Below are positions 51,879 to 64,000 of a stretch of DNA of 64,000 nt, one piece after another. The notes under the pieces were generated by a model. It was given only the letters and a program-made list of their open reading frames with translations, was not told the DNA's origin and made no database searches. The stretch comes from Paraspadella gotoi. Lineage: Eukaryota; Animalia; Chaetognatha. The stretch lies in contig CM119264.1 in the NCBI GenBank assembly GCA_051294375.1, positions 24,974,218-25,038,217 of the forward strand, read 5' to 3'. Made by a program: the position numbers and the translations under genes. Each line of letters begins with the position of its first letter. The stretch's first letter is position 1.

Positions 51879-53597
51879 ATGAGAAAAATGCATACGACTT
51901 TTCCAGCTCTTTTTCTTTCAATTACCCTAAATATACTTGATGTTTTTACCGATGTTAGAACTGCTATAAGCTACTTGGTCTCTGATTCTGTTTTTTTCGT
52001 CATATTTGGATGGACTCTCGTAGGTACAATATTTAAAATTGGAATATACATAAAAAAATAGAATTATCTTCATAAACATTTGTATAAATATAATGCAATG
52101 ATTTGTTTACTGCTTTTTTTGGTCATTGATGCTTGCAGCTCAACGCAATGAGTCACTTTTGGTTATTCAGTCAGTCTGTCTTTCTGTCTGTTGATTTGTG
52201 CCACTTCTGTTAGAAATACTCAAGTAATTATGTATTATTTTAGTTTATACTTATAGTAATAACGTGATGTACCATGAGTTTGTCTAATTCATACTTGAGT
52301 AGTAAACTGAGATATCAAAAAAACTTATTTGTTACAATGTTAGGAGTCTACGTTCGTTCTTAGAGATCGAGGAAGACTTTTCAATGGAGATTTTCGTTCA
52401 AATCTGACTACCGAACAATATAAACGTCCTGTAAAAATTCTGGGTAAAAATCGATGTAAAAACACTTGATTCCGATCCCTGTTGCATTCTGAAGGGCTCG
52501 CATTTTTTTTCTCTTGTCAAATCATCATTCATCTTGATATCAAACAAGCCAGAACAAATTAGACTGCTTCTCGATGGAAAAAATTTTCCATCTCTGATTT
52601 TATATAGAAATGAAAGGGATTTTTTTCCTTGAAAATGATATAAACGTGACTGAGGTATGTTCCTGGTTTAACAAATGAGGTCTAATTTTGGATTCCTTTG
52701 GCAAAGTGTCTGAAGGCTCTCAAAATTTTGTCTTTACATTTTATTTGATTATTTTGATATTGATACGATCATGGTAAAATGAATTAGTCCATTTTGGTGA
52801 AAAATTTTTATTTAAAGTAAAAGTAAAAAGAGGAGCTAACGATCGGATTCTAAGAGTTTTCCAACCGGAGTCAGATTCGGGAAAAATCTTCTATGGCGAA
52901 AATCTTCCAAGAAGGGGTGGATTTTCCAAAGATTTTCTGGTTAAATTTTCTATATTTATGGTTGGATTTTTTTTGAAACTTAATATTAACAATATTTGCC
53001 ATCATTCTACCTCTGGCCGGTATAATAAGAATATATTAAAAAAACCTCCGGGCTTTGTTCGTCAGAGCTTAGTCCTAACAATGTTGCCTATGTCATAATT
53101 GTATCATCACATGACCATGAGGATAAATGGTCATATGATCAGAATCGTAAATAAGGCTTCTTTCATATTTTTACCTTGGTTTCACTTGTTACATTACAGA
53201 TAAGTGATAAACCATAAAATGTTTGAGTCATTTGGCGCAACACCTTAAACTTGACGATACTGTTATTAATCATCATTAAACTATTGAATTTCCTTTTTTT
53301 ATCTCTCGGCCAAACAGCCATTCTTATCTTGCACTGCAGTGTGTCCTCTTTTTATGGGATGAGAATCATTTGGAAATCAAGAAATACTTTTCTTCATGTT
53401 GACTAAAAATCGTTGGCGCGGAATGACCACTTTGGTTTCCATATTTTAGGATTGGGTTACTTGTTCCTATAATGATTGACCTTGTATCGTGTTGATCCTA
53501 CTAAGTTACCAGATGGAGCTAATGAGATGAAGTTAAAACAAGAATTGGTCAGCCAAAATGTCCCTCATACAGATCATGCGCTGAAACTTATCCCCAG
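51879..53597 (+). CDS. Partial XK-related (Xkr/CED-8-like) membrane protein gene, exons ~51879-52023 and 53318-53597; second copy 60543-62243
   Basis: ALFLSITLNILDVFTDVRTAISYL...FGWTLV, phase-1 GT-AG intron, then AILILHCSVSSFYGMRIIWK...FHILGLG...EMKLKQELVSQNVP; resembles XKR DVxTD, HxLxLG and ESxPQ regions. Stops at 53404 and 53470 lie among indels that differ between the two copies. Confidence 0.55.
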
Positions 53598-53728
53598 GTC
53601 AGTTTCTAATTATAAATGTCCTTGATACAAGTATACCGCAGTCCAAAAAGGCGCAGTATGAACGGGCTATAAGAGGACAGTTCTCACAGCACTCTGCCAC
53701 TGTTTTCTACAATTGTATATTTGGGTTC

Positions 53729-54157
53729 CAGTGGGATTCTCCCTACACGGTATTCCTCCCCACGAAATTCCTCCCACGCGGGATTCCTCCCTTACGGAAT
53801 TCCTCCCCAAGGGATTCCTCCCACACGGAATTCCTCCCCACAGGATACCTCCCATGGAATTCCTCCCTCGCGGGATTCCTCCCACGCGGGATTCCTTTCT
53901 CATGAGATTTCTCCCACGTGGGATTCTTCCCACACGGGATTCCTCCCACATGGGATTCCTCCCAAGCAGGATTCGTCCCACGCGCGATTCCTCCCACACG
54001 GGTTTCCTCTTATGCAGGACTCCTCCCACGCAGGATACCTCCAACACAGGATTCCTCTTACACAGGATTCCTCTTACACAGGATTCCTCTTACACAGGAT
54101 TCCGCCCACGCAGGATTCTTCTCATGCAGGATTCCTCCCACACGGGATTCTTCCCAA
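53729..54157. repeat. 16-bp minisatellite (ggattcctcccacacg); also 62378-62840 and inverted at 63699-63800
   Basis: About 26 units; array begins with cagtgg. Confidence 0.95.
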
Positions 54158-54723
54158 GTTCGCCGTCTGGTCAATTGTTTGCTCGGCTTCAATGGTCTTT
54201 GGCGAAGCAAAAAGCGAAGGCAATTACGGCAATAGGAGGGAGGGAGGAGGGCGATTTGATGGCGTCTGGCCTTCGTCGTTCGTTGTTGTTGTTTGTCGTC
54301 AACGCCGTCGCTATGGGCGGCGAAATGGAGCTCGCGTTGCCGGATAAATACAATAACAAAGGAATAAGAATCGCAACGCTCTTCTTTTATTGCGCGTCGC
54401 TCGAAACGGGACCGCGCCGAGACGAGGCTCGAGAAAAGGCGAAGATAGCGCTGCGATAACACATGGTAGAGAAAAAGATAGCCAAGCGATGGCGTGTAGT
54501 TGGCGCAATGACGGCGTTTGAATGGCGTAAAAGATCTGGTAAAAACAAATGCCCAAAGATTAAAGGAAGGATGGCGTAACGAAGGAAGTAGTCGCCATGC
54601 GAGGTGGCGTTGCCGTTTTTGAGCCTTCACTGATTCGAATCCGTGGCGCGGAGATAGATTTATCGTAATGGGAGATCAAACTGAACGAGTTTCGATTGTC
54701 AAAAACTAGAGAGAGATAGAGAT

Positions 54724-54811
<88 letters not shown>

Positions 54812-57809
54812 AATTGAGCGAGGGGATGAGAAAGAAAAGGAGAAATGAAAGTAGACGAAAATATGTAATAACGTTGAAGATGAAGTCATTAAATAAGTAT
54901 GGTAATGAATCTCTTTTTCTCTCTCTTTCTCGTTTTTTTTTCTTTTTCTGCTCTCCTTTCTCTCTCTTTCTTTGTCTTTCTTTCGGTGATATTTTTAATA
55001 TAACCGCAATGGAAATTTCTTTTAATTCCCTCCGTGACCTTTTGCTCTCTTGTTTCACGGACGTTTTTTTTAATCGATTACGATCTTACAAAAACATTGC
55101 TTTGTTTTTTTGTTTTGTTTTTTTTGTTTGTTTTTTTTCTTTTTTTTAAACTGGTACAGGTTTTTTTCGCCTCCGTTTTGGCAAGTCTCCACTTCATTTT
55201 TTCAATATTATTCGCATAATAAATATGCTAGATTTAAAGCAAGATGATTGTATTTTAATTTTACTTCTTTCGTTTGAATTCGAAGACTTCATGTCAAGTG
55301 CCATAAAAAAAAAACAAAACGACGGCAATTTGCGACGAGGCAATTTATATGGAGTTCAGCTCGATTTTTAATGATTAACGCTCCAGATTTCTTAGATTTT
55401 CTAGATCCGAAAGATTTTTTTTTTATTTTTCATTTATATTATTTTATTGCACTCTCAATTGTTAAGATTTATTTTCTTCATTTAATTTGACTTTCATTTT
55501 TTTCAATTTCTTTGATTTTTATTTTTTCTTCGGTTAAAACAGGCCTTTATTTTGATAATAATGAAAGTATAAAATATTTTTTCAGACTTATATCTTTCTT
55601 ATCTAATCAATCCTTATGTTAACCTCTTGAACTGACGAGAAAGAGGAAAATGGAACATCGAAGAAAAAGAAGAAGCTCTTAAAAATTTCCTCCAGCATTC
55701 ATCAGCATCATCTTTCCTTCTTTCGACTCCTCGCGAGAGAAGCATCTCAACGAACTTCTCCAGGAGCCCAAAAGGATAAACGTTCAAAACTGGATACCAG
55801 AAAAAAAAACAAAACAAAAAAAAAAAAGAAAACAACACAAAAACAAACCCGAAGACTCTCGGTTTTGCCTCCACCATCGCAAATATGTTTTTCTCTCTCT
55901 CTCTGTTTTTTATCGTTCGTTTGGCTTTTTGCCCCCGACACTTGGCTTTTTTTTCACCTTCTCACCCTCAGATTTTGTCGCTCCCTTTACCCGCTTCCCC
56001 TTGTTTTCGCCCTGTTTTTCTCCATGCCTTACTTTCGCTCCACCCACTCTCTTCTGCCAAACTCCCGCCTTCCCCGTTCGTCCCGCTTCTTATTTCTGCC
56101 CTCCTTAAATAAAAAAAAAAGAAAAAGAAAAAAAACGGGTTGGCAGTTGGCTCAATTATTCCCTTATTGCGACTGGAACAGAATGGGCGCGGCTCCGGTT
56201 TTGGGCCGTCCCGCCATCGCCCAGCGTCGGCCAGGCGTCGGTCTTGGCGCCAGCGTTCGGCCCTCGGCGGCCTGTCGCCGGCGACGACGGTAAACCGAGT
56301 TTCTACGGCGTCTGAATGCTGTTTCGCGGAATCGAAGGGAACGCAAGTCGCGTTCGGCTCGTCGTTAACGTCGGGCGTCGTCGTCGTCGTTCGACATTGA
56401 TGTCGTACGATTCATCGCTTTTTTTGGTTGACGTGTGTGAGGTCGCCGTCAAAGTCGGCATATGCCTTCGTTTTCTTTTGGGACCGTTACTGGAGACATT
56501 TTCGATCGATGTTGTCATCGTCGTCGTCACTGCATCGTCGACATCGTCGGTCGTCCCTGTCATCGTCGACATGCGTCGTCGCCCCTGTCATCGTCGACAT
56601 CGTCGTCTCCCTGTCATCGTCGTCGTCGTTTACGTGATCGTCTTTGAGTCGTCGTCATCGTCCGTCGTTGTCGTCCGCGTCCTTTTAACCACGCTTTAGC
56701 CGTCCAACTCCGTCGCTTATCTTCCGGCTATTGACGTCAAAAAGGCAAGCGGACTTTCGGCGGCTTCAAGGTCGTTCTTCCTGTCGGTCGTCGTCGTCGT
56801 CGTCGTCACCGTCCTTAGCGTCAAATCCTTTGACCAAAGGTGGCATTTTTTATTCTTTTTCCTTCATCAAAATGATTTCTCTTGTTTTTTTGTTGGTCAC
56901 AAGTCGGTTAGATTTTTTTTTATCCGATTTAATTAATGACATATTTTTTTTATCCTTATTGTTCTTTTTTTGTTTTTTGTTTTTTGTTTGTCTCGAGTCT
57001 GGTCTGACGAATCGAGTCCTTTTCGTTGATTATTGTTGTTATTAGATGGATGTTCGTTGTTGTTGTTGTAGTCGTCAATTCCTTTCATTATTCTCATAGC
57101 TATTTCGTCTTTTGGCGGCGCAGTTGCTGTCGCGCTAATCTCGGCGGCTGCCGCTGACCGCCAGTTTAATGAAGGCGCAGCAGCCACGCGATGCGCTGCG
57201 CCGCAGGCTTTGTTTTCCTTTTCCGCTGATCAGTTGAGTCGTTAGTGAGAAAAAAAAGGAGGAAAAAAGGAAAAATGAAAAATAGGGAAAAAAACCGAGA
57301 AAACCCAAAACATAAAAAAAACAAGTTTGAGCAAACAAATGTCCGGATTCTGCCTACGATATATTAAGCGTAATGAGCTAACTGGTCAACTTGCATTGCA
57401 TAATGTATTCATAAATATATTCAACTGGCATAATATTGTCAACTGGCATATTTGGTCAAACTGCATAATTTTCTCAACTGAATAATTTGGTAAACTTGCT
57501 TAATTTGGTAAACATGACATAATTTGTAAACTGACATTAATTTGGTCAACTCAAATATCTTGGTCAAACCAGATTATTTGGTCAACCAGGCATTATTGTG
57601 TCAACTTGGCATAATTTGGTCAATCATAATCAATCAGTCAGAGAGAGAGTGATTAAGAGAACTTTTAAACATCAAATAAATGTGTGTTTGGTTTTCTAAT
57701 TAAAATTTCCACTCCTTACGAGTCCCTCAAAATTTATATCCAGCTTATTACATACTTTCCTACCCACACACAATTTCATTTTCAATTTTATCTATTATGA
57801 CGAGACAGC

Positions 57810-58225
57810 CGGTGCCGTGATGCCCATTAGGACTGTGGATGAACATGTGAGTAAGGTGCTACGTGGGCCTGAAGATGACTGTCCGTAACGTTCTATTAAC
57901 CCCCTCTAGCAGCCATGGACGGGTCCCTGGGCTTGTTAAACCAGGCTTGAGGTTTGCCATGCCCCAAGGCGGCTTTACGCCGTCCTCACGCTTCCCGCCA
58001 GGGTAGGTACCGGGGTTGGGATTGAACTCGGTACCTGTGGTCATGAGCTGATGCTTTACTCAATAGCCACCGGGTCACAACTGAAAGTGTCATGATTCTA
58101 GGCCGGGGAAAACTAGGCAATTGCCCGACTGAACAAACACTACGCCTGGGATGGTGTTGTTCCCCCCTCTGAGCCAAATGGATTTGGCTGAACGAGGTGG
58201 ACATGAGGCTTAGAATATACGCCAC
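57810..58225 (-). mobile_element. SINE-like family A, longest copy; also ~49090-49535 and the flanks of the 43790 gap
   Basis: Minus strand: structured leader, then ggtggctattgagtaaagc (A box)...GAGTTCAATCCC (B box)...gggaagcgtgaggacggcg body. Confidence 0.6.
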
Positions 58226-59259
58226 ACTATCTAATTTAATAAATATTAATAATAATGAAGAACGGAGTGGTCTTCGGAAAGAGGAAAAATTGGAAGGGTA
58301 TAACCAATCTATTTAAAATGTTTTTAAACATGAAAAAGGTTAAAATAAAGCTCCGTCCCCATTCCATGTTTTCCCAAGAAACGGGCTACGGCTCCGAAAG
58401 GATACCCTATTGTATTCCACTTTATTAAAGTGCTGACATGGAAATTTTTCAAATAATCGATTTCTAGCAAAACCTGATTGCCCCTTCGACTCGAAGATTG
58501 CATCCCACCTTAGTTGTCATACGATTTCCAATTCATGTTAATCAACAGTGTTGATTGTTGTTTATATCCAGTTCCAAAAAAAAAAAGAAATAAGGTTAAA
58601 ATTAGCGGTCGTGAGTATTTCTGTCCGGCCCCCTTTGCGATGATGCAAAATGTATGTTCAAAATAATTTCTAATTAATAATATGTCAACAGTTGCTATTA
58701 ATTAAAAAAAGATTGTTCCTTAACCTTTTCTACATTGTTCACTTACGTTTTGTATAATAATTAAATGTGGATCCATTTAACAGTTTGTCTCGAATACTTG
58801 TATAAGAGAAAATAAATTAATTGAAATAAATCGGAAATATCTTATATTTCTTTTTAATGTTTATATTGATATTAAAATCACAGACAAGTCAATTACAATA
58901 AAAGGAAAAAACTAAAAAGTAAATATACAATGTAATAAAAAAAATCATATTTTATTCTTTGAAGATTTTTCCACCAAATTAAGATAATAAAAGACTCCAT
59001 CAATATTATATATTTTTTGTTGTTATTTCTCGCTTTTCGGTTGTTTTAGTAGCATTTATTGAAAACAAAAGTTTTTGTTATTTTTTACAAACGATTTTTT
59101 TTTTATGATAACAAAAGACGGACATGTTTCGACCTTAGGGTTCGAGGTCTTCAGCAGCGTTTAACATCAACAATATTTGAGACATAAGTTTAAGAGGAGA
59201 GAGAGAGAGAGGAGAGACGAGAGAGAGAGAGAGAGAAGATAAGAGAGAGAGAGAGAGAG

Positions 59260-59300
<41 letters not shown>

Positions 59301-62300
59301 GAGAGAGAGAGAGATGAGAGGAGAGAGAGAGAGAGAGAGAAGAGAGAGAGATAGATGAGAGAGAGAGAGAAGAGAGAGAGAGGAAAGACAGAGAGAGAGA
59401 GAGAAAGAGAGAGAGTTTCCAACAAAGAACTGAGTAAAGGATAGTGGTCAGATGTGAGACAGGTGAGAGAAATCTAATCTCAAGATCTCAATCGCTCTCT
59501 TCCTCTTTCCTCACAACTACAGTTCCAATCACTCTTTTCTCTTTTGCCAAATTCTCTTTCATCAAAAAATAACTGATTGTGGGAAACTGGAATTAATAGG
59601 TACGAAGTCTTAGAAAACTTAACAATTAAACACACAATTACGCACACACAAAAAAAAGATTAAATATATCACGGTGTTTAGGTTCCAAACTTATTTATTA
59701 AATACTCAAATTTTTAAAAATATTTTGAAATAACGATTAGTCTCGTCTTTATTATATTTTTATAGTTTTTTGTTATTTTTTTTAGAGATATTTAATGATT
59801 TTATCTGGTTTAACTCTGTCGTTCGAATCGAAGAAACGAACCCTGATATTTTACAGTCAGAAGAGACGAAGGGTTTAAGAGAGAGGACCGGTGGTAATCG
59901 CCTGAAAGTCATTCACTTTTGCTGTAGCGTCAATTTAATCAAACTGAAGTTATTACAAAAAACCAATTTTCCTTTCATCTTCACCTGATTGAAATCAGTA
60001 TTCGGCTATGGATTAGATTACATGATTACATGATTACCCAGATTTCAATATTGCCTGGGATTCCAGGCATGGAATAGGTGGAGATTTGAAAGAGATGATT
60101 GCGAAGACGTCACACACGGTGGTCTGAACAAAAAAGAAATTCCTCATTTGCCATTTAATATGACATCTGCTTATACTTAATTTACCTAATTTTTTGATTG
60201 TCTTTATTTATTTCTTTTTTAAACTTATTTTAAATAAGATTGGAACATCCCGTATAAATAATGCATCATTCAATAAACAAACTGTAAAACTATTACAAAC
60301 TATTACCATATTCTAGACGTTGCTGTTGTTGCAAATTCCATTATGAAAAATTATGTTTTCTCTTGTTTCCTCTTTGTCCTCGCTTGTTCTTACCTTTGTA
60401 CTCACCTTTGTCCTTGCCTTGATGTTGAAATTCTCAATGTCCTTTTTGAAGATTTTACAAGGAGAAATTTAAATTTACAAAAGTTGCTTTTTAATTTAAC
60501 TTAAAATCTCCATTGAAGCTTAAGAAGTATTACTCCAACCAAATGAGAAAAATGCATAGACTCAGCCTCTGTTGTTTTGTTCAATTACCCTAAATAATAC
60601 GTTGATAGTTTTTACCGATGTTAGAACGCTATAAGCTACTTGGTCTCTGATTCTGTTTTTTTTCGTCATATTGGATGGACTCTCGTACGTACAATATTTA
60701 AAATTGAATATACATAAAAAATAGAATATCTTCATAACATTTATATAAATATAATCAATGAATTTGTACGCTTATTTTGTGTCATTGATGCTTGCAGCTC
60801 ACGCAATGAGTCACTTTTGTTATTCAGTCAGTCTGTCTTTCTGTCTGTTGATTTGTGCCACTTCTGTTAGAAAGACTCAAGTATTATTGTATTATTTTAG
60901 TTTATACTTGATAGTGAATAACGTGATGTACCATGAGTTTTCTAATTCATACTTGAGTTAGTAAACTGAGATATCAAAAAAACTTATTGTTTATACAATG
61001 TTAGGAGTCTACGTTCGTTCTTAGAGATCGAGGAAGACTTTTCAATGGAGTATTTCGTTCAAATCTGACTACCGAACAATAATAAACGTCCTGTAAAAAT
61101 TCTGGTAAAAATCATGTAAAAACACTTGATTCCGATCCATGTTGCATCCTGAAGGGCTCGCATTTTTTTTCTCTTGTCAAATCATCATCATCTTGATATC
61201 AAGACAAGCCAGAACAAATTAGACTGCTTCTCGATGAAAAAATTTTCCATCTCTGAGTTATATAGAAAATGAAAGGGATTTTTTTCCTTGAAAATGATAT
61301 AAAACGTGACTGAGGTATGTTCCTGGTTTAACAAATGAGGTCTAATTGGATTCCTTTGGCAAAGTGTCTGAAGTGCTCTCAAAATTGTCTTTACATTTTA
61401 TTTGCATTATTTTTGATATGATACGATCATGTAAAAATGAATTAGATCCATGGTGAAAAATTTTTATTTAAAGTAAAAGTAAAAAGAGGAGCTAACGATC
61501 GGATTCTAAGAGTTTTCAACCGGAGTCAGATTCGGGAAAAATCTTCTATGGCGAAAATCTCCAAGAAGGGCGGGATTTTCCAAAAGATTTTTGGTTAAAT
61601 TTTCTATATTTATGGTTGGATTTTTTTTGAAACTTAATATAACAATATTTGCCATCATTCTACCTTGGCCGGTGTAATAAGAATATATTAAAAAAACCTC
61701 CGGGCTTTGTTCGTCAGAGCTTAGTCCTACAATGTTGCCTATGTCATAATTGTATCATCACATGACCATGAGATAAATGGTCATATGATCAGAAATCGTA
61801 AATAAGGCTTCTTTCATATTTTTACCTTGGTTTCACTTGTTACATTAAGATAGTGATAACCATAAAATGTTTGATCATTTGGCGCAACACCTTAAACTTG
61901 ACGATACTGTTATTAATCATCAATTAAACTATTGAATTTCTTTTTTTATCTCTACAGATGCAACAGCCATTCTTATTCTTGCACTGCAGTGTGTCCTCTT
62001 TTTATGGGGATGAGAATCATTTGGAAATCAAGAAATACTTTTCTTCATGGTGACTAAAAATCGTTGCGCGGAATACCACTTGGTTTCCAATTTTAGGATT
62101 GGGACTTGGTTCCTATAATGATGACCTTGTATCGTGTTGATCCTACTAAGTTACCAGATGGAGCTAATGAGATGAAGTTTAAAACAAGAATTGGTCAGCC
62201 AAAATGTCCCTCATACAGATCATGGCTGAAACTGTATCCCCAGGTCAGTTTCTAATTATAAAGTCCTTGATACAAGTATACCGCAGTCCAAAAAGCGCAG

Positions 62301-63526
62301 TATGAACGGGCTATAAGAGCGACAGTTTTCTCACAGCATCTGCCACTTTTTTCGTACCATTGTATCATTTGCGCGTTCCAGTGGGATTGCTTCCCACACG
62401 GTTATTCCTCCCCACGAAATTTCCTCCCAACGCGGGATTCCTCCCTTACGGAATTCCTCCCCAAGGATCCTCCCACAGGAATCCTCCCCACAGTATTACC
62501 TCCCATGGAATTCCTCCCTCGCGGGATTCCTTTCCCACGCGGGATTCCTTTTCTCATGAGATTTCTCCCACGTGGATTCTTCCACACGGGAATTCTCCCA
62601 CATGGATTCCTCCAAGCAGGGTTCGGTCCCACGCGCGATTCTCCACACGGTTTCCTCTATGCAGGACTCCTCCCACGCAGGATACTTCCAACACAGGATT
62701 CCTCTTACACAGGATTCCCTTACACAGGATTCCTCTTACACAGGGGATTCCGCCCACGGGCAGGATTTTCTCATTGCAGATTCCTCCCACACGATTCTTC
62801 CCAAGTAGGATTCCTCCCACAAGTGATTTCCTCCCAGCGCGCGCAACCCACGCGATAAACAAAAATATAAATATTATAAATAAATTAAATTAAATATTTT
62901 AGCCTATATGNNNNNNNNNNNNNNNNNNNNNNNNNAAAATTAATCATTATTATTAATCATTATTAATCATTTGAGTTTTCAAAATAGCCAGAAAGCTCTA
63001 AAACTTATCTGTGTTAAATTTTTTCAATAACTGTTTTGTTACTATTAAAATATATTTTTTTAAATAGTTTTTATAATTTGATTTTGGATTTAAATTATTC
63101 TTACCTGTCCCTAGAGACCATCGTTACAGAATTTTTTTGCCAATACTTTAATATCCTGGATTCTCATAGCAAAATAAAGTATAAGACTCTTGTTGATAAA
63201 AACTTAATGCTCTCTCAATATTTTTTTGATTTCCTGACTTTAAAGACCAAAAATTTTTTAATGCCTTACGCAATTTTGATGAAACTCATACCAATCGCTT
63301 TAACTTTTTATAAGTTTATGTATATCTTTATATATATATATGTATATATTTTTAGAATTAAGTCATCCAATATGGTTTCCAACAAAGAATTGAGTAAAGG
63401 ATAGTGGTCAGATGTGAGGACAGGTGAAAGTGAGGAGATGGAAGCAGAGTAAGTAAATTTATCTTTCTCTCTCTCTCTCTCTCCAAACTCAATGTTTGAG
63501 AAACTAAAAACGTTTGTGATTTGAAT

Positions 63527-63568
63527 GCTGATGAAAACTTGAAATTAATATGAGTCAAAACATGTCTG
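63527..63568 (+). ncRNA. Degenerate hammerhead motif in a Penelope-like terminal fragment
   Basis: gCTGATGAaaacttgaaattaatatgagtcaAAAcatGTCtg; GAAA has become AAAA. Confidence 0.55.
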
Positions 63569-64000
63569 ATTTTAAATAAAATCATTGTTGTTACAACAAA
63601 TTTTTTTTGTTTCTCTCCTACTAAATTCACACAAACAACAAAAATAAAGGCTTAATACAAGGGTTAAAATTAGTAAAAAGATTTAGGTAAAATAAGGAAT
63701 GAGGAATTCTGTGTGGGAGAAATCTCACATCAGAGGAATCCCGTGTGTGAGGTATCAAATGTTGGAGGAATCCCGTGTGGGAGGAACACCACAGCCACTG
63801 TATATTTGCTAACCACTTCCGGAAATCCCCGCCACAATCTCTTGACACTAGTACATTCTAAAAATTCAAAGGATATTTTTTTAAAACCACTCCATGTGAG
63901 AGCAGTGGGTTCCAAAATTTCCGAGATAAAAAAATGCCTTTTTAATGTGCAAAATTGTGCATATGACACAATGAAAAATAACGTGGCGTTACGGTCTCGT

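Larger units (their letters stand above)
40137..62910. repeat. Three-copy direct block (A 40137-45075 partial; B 45076-54157; C 54158-62910), probably mostly artefactual
   Basis: B and C start at the same string tcgccgtctggtcaattg; differences are dominated by small indels; C is contiguous across the 50744 gap, and B and C supply sequence for the 43790 gap. Confidence 0.9.

Noticed and set aside
53713-54459. Long ORFs (248 and 208 aa)
   Set aside because: They are translations of the 16-bp minisatellite running across an assembly junction, open in several frames.

Overview
Eukaryotic, probably invertebrate animal, draft scaffold. It is AT-rich, dense in (GA/CT)n, (TCG)n and (GAAA)n microsatellites, and has 10 N-gaps. 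Almost all ORFs in the supplied track are microsatellite or N artefacts. About a third of the window is redundant, indel-rich long-read sequence: a 1.3 kb fold-back at 15-18 kb, a 2.1 kb direct duplication at 32.5-36.8 kb, and a three-copy block at 40.1-62.9 kb. These mostly sit next to 25-N placeholder gaps and are likely gap-filling artefacts. Supported content: (1) an intact two-exon gene for a small secreted Cys-rich MANSC/KIAA0319-N-like protein (9727-10236); (2) two exons of an XK-related-like membrane protein (51879-53597, second copy 60543-62243); (3) Penelope-type minimal hammerhead ribozyme motifs, one inside an 82-bp-arm palindrome; (4) tRNA-derived SINE-like repeats, MITEs (one family with telomere-like cores), a HINE/DINE-1-like element and several minisatellites. 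The most unexpected signal, found by manual translation only, is a dense field of more than a dozen decayed homeobox-like segments of different apparent classes, plus bHLH-like and pipsqueak-HTH-like relics. They often occur in co-oriented runs and are broken by stops, frameshifts and microsatellite expansions. No database or HMM search was run; all family calls are by-eye motif recognition.
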